A DNA stretch of 64,000 bases, taken from positions 32,001 to 96,000 of the forward strand of contig DAIDJN010000059.1 in assembly GCA_027451365.1 (NCBI GenBank), given 5' to 3'. This DNA is from Phycisphaerales bacterium (lineage in GTDB: Bacteria; Planctomycetota; Phycisphaerae; WQYP01). The position numbers and the translations under genes are program-made. How positions within the stretch are numbered: position 1 is the first letter of the stretch; every line of letters begins with the position of its first letter. The notes below the pieces were generated by a model. That model ran no database searches. It saw nothing but the letters and a program-made list of their open reading frames with translations, and was not told where the DNA came from. Below, in pieces: positions 47,722 to 54,977 of the stretch.

Positions 47722-48987
47722 CTAGATTGCTGAACCGGTGTTGGGTTGTGTCTGACTCCACTGGGCCTCCAAAAGCAGAGGTGCGTCGCCCTCGAATCCG
47801 CGTGAGCCAGTTCCGTAGAAATCTCCGGCCTCGACATCGAGCTGCGCGACAGGGTCCCTCGGGAAGTCCGCCTCGGTGCCGGCAACGACGATTCGCGCAT
47901 GCACGGCGTATCGACCGGCTGCCAACGGCAAACGCCCGACGGAGCACCGGAACTCGCTGACACCGGCGCCGGCCGTAAACGTGCGCGACTGGTACGATCC
48001 GTAAAAGACCGAGAGCAGTTGCCCGGTGTAGGAGGTAAAGGACATGCCGATGTCGACCTTGGGCACCGGACGCGAATCTGGATTTTCGCAGTTGAAGACG
48101 AATTGGAGGGCCATGCCGGAAAGGGCGGAGCGGATTGTCTTGCCGTGATCGTTCTCGAGCCGGAATTCAGTGATTCGCAAGGCCCCCGTTCCGCTGCGGG
48201 CGACGTCCTTTCTGATAGTTATGCGGTCGGCGGCTTGTGGATTGGCGGCCCGCAGGTAGGAGTCGATTGCGGTCCTGACTGGGCCCGAGCCTGCGACGTT
48301 GCCTCGCTCCAGAAAAATAGCCTTGTTGCAGAGACCGGCCACCGAGGCCATGTTGTGGCTGACAAACAATACGGTCCGGCCACTTTTGCTTACATCCTGC
48401 ATTTTGCCAAGGCATTTGTTCTGGAATTCGCTATCGCCCACGGACAGAACTTCATCCACAATTAAAATTTCGGAACTTAAATGGGCGGCTACCGCAAAGG
48501 CCAATCGCACATACATGCCGCTGGAATAACGCTTTACCGGAGTGTCCAGAAATTTTTCCACGCCCGCGAAATCCACTATGGCGTCGAACTGTTTTCGTAT
48601 TTCAGACTTTCGCATGCCCAGAATGGCGCCGTTAAGGAAAATATTTTCCCGGCCGGTAAGTTCCGGGTGAAAGCCCGTGCCTACCTCCAGCAGACTGCCG
48701 ACGCGGCCGAAAAGGTCGATCTGGCCACGGGTTGGTTCGGTGATGCGGCTTAAGATTTTAAGGAGTGTGCTTTTGCCCGCCCCGTTGCGGCCAATAACGC
48801 CCACGACATCGCCTTCCTGAACGTCAAAGGAGATATCGTTTAACGCCCAGAAGGTTTCGCGGGTGGGGCGGCGGAATGGGTTTTTAAGGCGCGCCAACGC
48901 GGCCTCGGCCAGGGTGACGTGGTCGGGGGCGTTGTGGCGAATGGTGTAGGATTTGGCTAAACCTTGGACGCTGATGGCGATAGACAT
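47722..48987 (-). CDS. wzt: Polysaccharide ABC exporter ATPase with Wzt C-terminal domain
   Basis: GRNGAGKST, YSSGMYVRLAFA, VDEVL; C-terminal extension. Confidence 0.93.
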   Translation of the reverse strand: MSIAISVQGLAKSYTIRHNAPDHVTLAEAALARLKNPFRRPTRETFWALNDISFDVQEGDVVGVIGRNGAGKSTLLKILSRITEPTRGQIDLFGRVGSLLEVGTGFHPELTGRENIFLNGAILGMRKSEIRKQFDAIVDFAGVEKFLDTPVKRYSSGMYVRLAFAVAAHLSSEILIVDEVLSVGDSEFQNKCLGKMQDVSKSGRTVLFVSHNMASVAGLCNKAIFLERGNVAGSGPVRTAIDSYLRAANPQAADRITIRKDVARSGTGALRITEFRLENDHGKTIRSALSGMALQFVFNCENPDSRPVPKVDIGMSFTSYTGQLLSVFYGSYQSRTFTAGAGVSEFRCSVGRLPLAAGRYAVHARIVVAGTEADFPRDPVAQLDVEAGDFYGTGSRGFEGDAPLLLEAQWSQTQPNTGSAI

Positions 48988-48997
48988 AGTGGGGGTC

Positions 48998-49196
48998 CAG
49001 AAAACAGAAGACAGAAAACAGAAGACAGAAGGCAGAAGACAGGAGGCAGAAGACGGAAGACGGAAAACAGAAGGCAGAAGACAGAAAACAGAAGGCAGAA
49101 GGCAGAAGACAGAAGACAGAAGACAGAAAACAGAAGACAGAAGGCAGAAGACAGAAGACGGAAGACAGAAGGCAGAAAACAGAAGACGGAAGACAG
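48998..49196 (+). repeat. Heptamer tandem array C(A/G)G(A/G)A(G/A)(A/G), 28 units
   Basis: Uninterrupted 7-nt phase of CAGAAGA/CAGAAGG/CAGAAAA/CGGAAGA/CAGGAGG. Confidence 0.95.
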
Positions 49197-49233
49197 TTTG
49201 AGGCGCCGGGCTTGTGTTTTGGTTCCTGATTTC

Positions 49234-49611
49234 TTATTCACCTATTTTTGATACATTCGCAAGGATGGCGGCACGGTAGCTGTGCAACAATCGGGCAACT
49301 TCCTGACAGTTTTGCCATAGGGCTTCTTTATTCAGATGGCCCAGGTCGTGGGAAAGGATTAAATAATAGCGACATTCTTCAAGTGATCCTTCTGCGGTAT
49401 TAAGGAATTTGGCCTTGTCGGGTCTGGTTTGCTTGCCGAAGCCTTCAGCAATATTGGCGGAAATTGACACCGCGGCACGGCGAAATTGTGATACAAGGCC
49501 GTAGAGTTCATCCTTGGGGAATTTTCTGGTGGCAATATATACTTGAAGCGTGAACGCGTGTGCTTTTTGCCAGACAATTAGATCTTGAAAGGAAGAAGCG
49601 GGCGGCGGCAT
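49234..49611 (-). CDS. Four-helix-bundle protein (23S rRNA intervening-sequence protein family, Avd-like)
   Basis: FQDLIVWQKA, FPKDELYGLVSQFRRAAVSISANIAEG, FLNTAEGSLEE; AGAAAGG RBS before ATG 49611. Confidence 0.93.
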   Translation of the reverse strand: MPPPASSFQDLIVWQKAHAFTLQVYIATRKFPKDELYGLVSQFRRAAVSISANIAEGFGKQTRPDKAKFLNTAEGSLEECRYYLILSHDLGHLNKEALWQNCQEVARLLHSYRAAILANVSKIGE

Positions 49612-49626
49612 GGGGGACCTTTCTAA

Positions 49627-49717
49627 AAGAAGACAGAAGGCAGAAGACAGAAAACAGAAGGCAGAAGACAGGAGGCAGAAGACAGGAGGCAGAAGACGGA
49701 AGACAGAAGGCAGAAGA
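49627..49717 (+). repeat. Heptamer tandem array, about 13 units
   Basis: Same units and orientation as 48998-49196. Confidence 0.93.
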
Positions 49718-49748
49718 GTTTTGAAGCGCTTCGCTTCCGTTTTCTTCT

Positions 49749-50124
49749 CTTTTCTGGCTTCTTCGTCGCCGGGTTCTTCGTGTCTTCGTGGTGAACTCGG
49801 TCGTATCGTTGCGTCGTCGTGCCGTTGTGGTGAAATCCGTCGCCTTCTGCCTTCTGTCTTCTGTCTTCTGTTTTCTGGCTTCTTCGTCGCCGGGTTCTTC
49901 GTGCCTTGGTGCCTTCGTGGTGAATCGTCATCTTCTGTTTTCTGTTTTCTGACTTCTGCCTTCTGTTTTCTCTTTTCTGGCTTCTTCGTCACCGGGTTCT
50001 TCGTGACTTCGCGTCGGAGTTTATCCCGACGCATCGGGATGGTGAATCGTCGTCTTCTGTTTTCTGTTTTCTAGCTTCTGTTTTCTGACTTCTGCCTTCT
50101 GTTTTCTCTTTTCTGGCTTCTTCG
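49749..50124 (-). repeat. Inverted heptamer blocks interspersed with 8-nt CACGAAG(G/A) modules
   Basis: TTCTG/CTTCTG blocks on the + strand; TTTTCTGGCTTCTTCGT recurs four times (about 49750, 49871, 49973, 50110). Confidence 0.88.
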
Positions 50125-51066
50125 TTAAATAACGTCCGCGAAACGGCGTTCCATTTTCTTAAACAGCATCAGCCCGCTGGCGAACAGGATAATGGCGCAC
50201 GCGGCGCTCCAGACGGTGGGGCCGACCAGAAGATGCCCACGGCCCAACAGCGACCAGCGAATGGCGGACAACATGCCCGTAAGGGGGTTGGCACAGTACC
50301 AGGGATAAACCCAAAGTTTGTGGTCTTTAAGGAGCTTGGCGTGAACCGAGGCCAGCGAATAGCCAACCGGGCTGGCATACATAAGCATCTGCATGAATAC
50401 CGGCAGAATGTATTGAATATCGCGATAGCTGACGGCCAACGCGCTGGTGACCATGCCGATGCCCAGCGCGGCCATAAGCATAATTGCGATCCAGATCGGG
50501 AGCAGCAGAATGCCGACGCCGGGGTTCACACGGTAAATCAGCAGCAGGATAAGCAATACGGAAAAGGCACAGCAGAAGTCCACAATAACGGAAAGACTGC
50601 TGGCGACCGGAAGAATAACCCGTGGGAAAAAGACCTTGGAAACCAGGTTGGAATTTGCGACCATGCAGGTGCTGGACCGGCTGATGGTGTTGGCGAACAG
50701 GTTCCAGCCCAGCAGGCCGGCGAAGGAAAGGACGAAGTAGGGGGTTCCGGAGCTTTTCATGTGGCCCAGAACGCCGAACACGAACGTGAAAATTAACGCG
50801 CCCAGCAGGGGCTGCAACACGACCCAGGCGACGCCAAGAATCGTTTGCTTGTAGCGGAGTTTCAGGTCGCGGCCGGCGAGGGAAAAAAGCAGGTCGCGGA
50901 ATTCCCAGACTTCAATAAGGTCTACAAATTTCCAGGGCTTGCTGGGCCGAATGGTAAGGTGCGCGCGGCGCGCGGGCGCAGCGGGGGAAGGCGCCGCGAC
51001 CACGGCGACTGCCGATGGCGACGATTGGGCGGGATCGTTGGTAAGTGAATTCGGAAGTTCAGTCAT
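50125..51066 (-). CDS. wzm: Polysaccharide ABC exporter permease
   Basis: RDLKLRYKQTILGVAWVVLQP, KVFFPR, RDIQY, NPL, ERRFADVI. Confidence 0.93.
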   Translation of the reverse strand: MTELPNSLTNDPAQSSPSAVAVVAAPSPAAPARRAHLTIRPSKPWKFVDLIEVWEFRDLLFSLAGRDLKLRYKQTILGVAWVVLQPLLGALIFTFVFGVLGHMKSSGTPYFVLSFAGLLGWNLFANTISRSSTCMVANSNLVSKVFFPRVILPVASSLSVIVDFCCAFSVLLILLLIYRVNPGVGILLLPIWIAIMLMAALGIGMVTSALAVSYRDIQYILPVFMQMLMYASPVGYSLASVHAKLLKDHKLWVYPWYCANPLTGMLSAIRWSLLGRGHLLVGPTVWSAACAIILFASGLMLFKKMERRFADVI

Positions 51067-51090
51067 GGTTATCCAAAGAGGTTAGGGTGA

Positions 51091-51757
51091 TAGAAGGCAG
51101 AAGACGGAAAACAGAAGACAGAAGGCAGAAGACAGAAAACAGAAGGCGGAAGACAGAAGGCAGAAGGCGACGATTTTTACCACGAAGGCACGAAGACACG
51201 AAGAACGAGACAGAAGATAACGATTTAGCCACAGAGGGCACGGAGAATCCACAGATTAACACAGATTTACACAGATTAACGGCAACGACGGATTTACCAC
51301 GAAGGTACGAATGGCACCAAGGCCAAAGAGGGCACAGAGAATTACACGAATAATCCACAGATTGACACAGATTTACACAGATTTACACAGATTTAATTAA
51401 CCAGCCAGACAATCAGGGATACGAATTTGGCGAACGATTATCCACAGATTAACACAGATGAACACAGAGACGACGAACGCAGGGGGTATTGACCAATAAG
51501 ACCACCAAGGAAACTAAGGACACAGAGAACAACACATTTAATCCACAGATTTACACAGATTGACACAGAGACGACAACGAGGCGATTAGCCACAGATTCT
51601 CACGGGGCTATAGCCTGTAAAATATTAATTATGGTCGTGGTTAATCTATGAAAATCTGTGTAAATCTGTGGACAGCATCGTCTTTCTTTGCGCTAAATTT
51701 AGTCGTCGTTAATCTGTGAAAATCTGTGTCCATCTGTGGATCAAACCGTCTCTTTGT
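51091..51757. repeat. Composite repeat region: 7-nt array (11 units, 51091-51167), then 8-, 9- and 10-nt blocks and an inverted 10-nt arm
   Basis: Directly visible; 51351-51757 is homologous to 32751-33140. Confidence 0.9.
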
Positions 51758-51799
51758 TGTCCTCGCGAAACGGCTTTCCATTAGATTTCCCTGGCGAGG

Positions 51800-54700
51800 C
51801 TAAGCGGATTCGTTGCTTGCCGCAGCGGGTCCCGGAATCGGGATGGCCGCGGTGGGCGGAATCTGCTTTTCAGAAGCTGCCTGGGCCAGGCGTGTGGTAT
51901 CCACGGTGGCGATGCGGCTTTGGCCGAATTCCCGCCAGCGGACTTCCACAAATTCCCGCAGCTTTTCGCGAAACACCGGGCGGCTGAACCGCATGGCGTT
52001 GGCGCGAATGGCGTGCGGGTCCCATTTTAAGCGTTCAAACCGATCTACCGCTTCGTTTAAGCTTTCCGCGGTATGTTCCATAAAGAACATTCCCGTGGCA
52101 CCATCCACAACCGTTTCCGTGGCCCCGCCATGGCCGAAGGCGATAACGGGCGTGCCGCAGGCCTGGGCCTCCACCGGCACAATGCCGAAGTCTTCTTCGG
52201 CGGCGAAAATGAAGGCCCTGGCGTGCTGCATGTAATGGCGGAGTTCGGCTTCGGGCAATCGGCCGACCAATTTCACATTCGGACCGGCCAGAGCTTGAAT
52301 TTTGTTGAATTCCGGGCCTTCGCCAACCACCACCAGGCGGCGGTTGGGCCTGCGGGAAAACGCTTCCACAATCAGGTCCATGCGTTTGTAGGGCACCATG
52401 CGGGACGCGGTTAAATAATAATCCGCTTTCTGGCTGTCCAGCGAAAATGTATCTGTATCCACGGGCGGATATAGCGTGGTGGCCGATCGACCATATACCT
52501 TGTTAATGCGGCGGCCGACAAAATCGGAATTGGCTATAAACGCATCCACGCCATGGCTGGTGCGGACATCCCATAGTCGCAGGTAATGAAGAATGGCCCG
52601 CGCGGCCAGGCTTTTTATTCCCGCCGTTAAGGAGGCTTCCTTAAGGTACTGGTGCTGCAGGTCCCAGGCGAAACGCACCGGGCTGTGGCAGTAGCAGATG
52701 TGAAGCTGGTCGGGCCGTGTCAGAATTCCTTTGGCCACCAGATACGAACTGGATAACACAATGTCGTATTGCGATACGTTAATTTGTTCAATCGCCATGG
52801 GCATCAGCGGCAGATAGGCGCGGTGTTTGCGGCGGGCCAGCGGCATTTTCTGCAGAAAGCTGGTGGTGACGGGTTTGTTCTTTATGAACGCCCGGTTTTC
52901 CGGTGGAAGGAAATCAAACAGGCTGAAAAGGTCCGCACTGGGGAAAACCTCCAGCATCTGTTCCAGCACCCTTTCGGCTCCGCCACAGGTGTACAGGAAA
53001 TCGTGAACAATGGCGATTTTAAGATCACCGACCGGACGGGTATAGCGGTGGCGCAATGGGTCGATATTTTCCAGTGGCGGCGTAATGCGGCCGGCGATGG
53101 GTGGGGGAATTTCAGCGATCAATCCCGGCGGGGGGGAAAGTGCCGGGACCGGGTCTTCGGCTTTCTGACTTTTTGCATCCATGTTCTTACCGGTGTCCTT
53201 GAATTCTTCTTTATTCCGCGTTCTTTGTTCGCCGAAGTTTATGGCCTTGAAAATGCCCGAGCCGGTATTTTTCTGTCCTTTTCCGGGTGGATTGGGCTTG
53301 CCGGAACCAAAAATACGTATTCGGAACGGACCGGGGTTCTGGTCTGGCAGGCTGGCCAGAGAATTTTCTTCCATCAGCCGCGCAAACAGCGCCAGCCGAT
53401 GCCCGGCGGATTCCAGAAACGTGGTGCTGGGAATGGTGAGTTCAAGTGTCATGTGCGGGCCGATGCGCCGATGGCGAATGGGCAAAGAAGCCTGCAGCAG
53501 CGGGGCACCGGCGAAATCTTCCTCCGGGGCGGTCCAGAAGCGCGGTTCCGTGGTGCCATCTCGCCGGGTAATGGTCATGGCCACCCGGCTGAAGTGCAGC
53601 ATTTGCGCGCCTTGGCATACGCTTTCCCACCAGGCATCAAACGTGCCGGCGCGGCTTAAACGAAGCTGCAGCATTTCAAACGCCTGCCGGTATTGTTTGC
53701 TTTCGCGGGCCAGTTGCCGATTGCGCCGAATGGCGTGAATAAGGTCGAAGAATCGCGTGGACCCGGCGGAACGGAACAGTACCAGCAGCAGAAACGCCAG
53801 AATCAACAGGTACAAGACCCGCAGATTGCGGCCGCAATTCAGGATTAATATCGCCAGCAGGCCGGAGGCTGCGCTGAAAACATACAGGAAATAGACCGCA
53901 TGTTTATGACTCAGGCCAAGGTCAAGCAACCGGTGATGAATATGGCCGCGTTCAGCCGCAAAAAGGGATCGGCGGTGCAGAATGCCGCGGCGTAAAAGAG
54001 TGGCCACGGTATCCAGCAGGGGGACGCAAAGGGCAATGGCGGGCACCAGGACGCCTTCCAGATTTCCGGTTTTGCCGGCCAGAGCCACCGTGCCGGCGGC
54101 AATAACAAAGCCAATAAACAGGCTGCCGCCATCGCCCATGAACACCCGTGCCGGATTAAAATTAAACAGCAGAAACGCGGTAATGGACCCGGCCATGGCC
54201 AGCATAAGAATGGCAATGCTTACTTCACCAAGCGCCGCGGCGGTAATGGCGACAACGAGTGCCGCAACGCCGGAAATACCGCCGGCCAGGCCATCAAGCC
54301 CGTCGGTAAAATTCAGGCTGATGGGCACGGTTATAAGCCAGAACATGGTTACTGGCCACGCAAGCCAGGAAAGGTGCGTCAGCCAGGCGGGCGCGTTCCA
54401 GGCGGCCGGCAGGATCAGATTCGGAATCGGTATCTGCGCGCCGTAGGCGGTAAAAAGCCATGCGATAACCAGCAGCCCAATAAGCTTGAGTTTGGCCGGA
54501 ATATTAATCAGATCATCCACCACGCCCAGCGCCAGCAGCATAAGGGAAGCGGCTATCAGGGCGGCCATGGGAGTGCGAATAAGGTGGCCAACCATTTCGG
54601 AACTGCGATAGACAATCAGCACCGGAATGGCGACGGCCATGGCGGCCAGTGCGATGGCCAGCCCGCCGACGCGGGGAATGGGTCGCTGATGCACTTTGCG

Positions 54701-54820
54701 CGCATCGGGTACATCCACCAGGCCAAGGTGCTTGGCCATGATAATAACGGGCGGCAGCAGCAGCACGCCGGCGCAGATCCCACCCACGTAGGAAATGCCG
54801 TACCATGATGAATGATCCAT
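51800..54820 (-). CDS. Fusion of a WecA/MraY-family phosphoglycosyltransferase and a GT4 glycosyltransferase
   Basis: N-terminal RKVH..PRVGG, GVVDD, NFTDGLDGL, FMGDGG, HIHH; C-terminal VHDFL..GGAE, SRMVPYK, EDFGIVPVEAQA. Confidence 0.88.
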   Translation of the reverse strand: MDHSSWYGISYVGGICAGVLLLPPVIIMAKHLGLVDVPDARKVHQRPIPRVGGLAIALAAMAVAIPVLIVYRSSEMVGHLIRTPMAALIAASLMLLALGVVDDLINIPAKLKLIGLLVIAWLFTAYGAQIPIPNLILPAAWNAPAWLTHLSWLAWPVTMFWLITVPISLNFTDGLDGLAGGISGVAALVVAITAAALGEVSIAILMLAMAGSITAFLLFNFNPARVFMGDGGSLFIGFVIAAGTVALAGKTGNLEGVLVPAIALCVPLLDTVATLLRRGILHRRSLFAAERGHIHHRLLDLGLSHKHAVYFLYVFSAASGLLAILILNCGRNLRVLYLLILAFLLLVLFRSAGSTRFFDLIHAIRRNRQLARESKQYRQAFEMLQLRLSRAGTFDAWWESVCQGAQMLHFSRVAMTITRRDGTTEPRFWTAPEEDFAGAPLLQASLPIRHRRIGPHMTLELTIPSTTFLESAGHRLALFARLMEENSLASLPDQNPGPFRIRIFGSGKPNPPGKGQKNTGSGIFKAINFGEQRTRNKEEFKDTGKNMDAKSQKAEDPVPALSPPPGLIAEIPPPIAGRITPPLENIDPLRHRYTRPVGDLKIAIVHDFLYTCGGAERVLEQMLEVFPSADLFSLFDFLPPENRAFIKNKPVTTSFLQKMPLARRKHRAYLPLMPMAIEQINVSQYDIVLSSSYLVAKGILTRPDQLHICYCHSPVRFAWDLQHQYLKEASLTAGIKSLAARAILHYLRLWDVRTSHGVDAFIANSDFVGRRINKVYGRSATTLYPPVDTDTFSLDSQKADYYLTASRMVPYKRMDLIVEAFSRRPNRRLVVVGEGPEFNKIQALAGPNVKLVGRLPEAELRHYMQHARAFIFAAEEDFGIVPVEAQACGTPVIAFGHGGATETVVDGATGMFFMEHTAESLNEAVDRFERLKWDPHAIRANAMRFSRPVFREKLREFVEVRWREFGQSRIATVDTTRLAQAASEKQIPPTAAIPIPGPAAASNESA

Positions 54821-54977
54821 AAATTATCCGTTGGAAATCATAGGATTGGTTACCCGTGGCATAGCGCCGAAAAGCCGCGGCCTTATAGTGCAATCAGCGG
54901 TAACAGCATGATTTGGCCAGTCAAGTCTGAATACCGCGCGCTGGCCGGAAAAAGTTGATCATCTTCCGCCGGGCGGC

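Noticed and set aside
48953..49251. Short RRQKTED / SVFCLL ORFs (also 49610..50074, 51045..51358, 33730..34142, 32953..33144)
   Set aside because: These open frames arise from stop-free repeats; there is no RBS or domain evidence.
49234..49611. Diversity-generating retroelement suggested by the Avd-like protein
   Set aside because: No reverse transcriptase, and no template/variable repeat pair with adenine-specific mismatches, was seen in the window.
49612..50034. N-terminal extension of ORF 49234..50034, and similarly of 35477..36151
   Set aside because: The extensions are translations of repeat DNA; family homology and RBS support starts at 49611 and 35893.
32751..51757. Classical IS or transposon bounded by the duplicated element
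   Set aside because: No DDE, HUH or serine transposase is encoded, and no clear target-site duplication could be defined.
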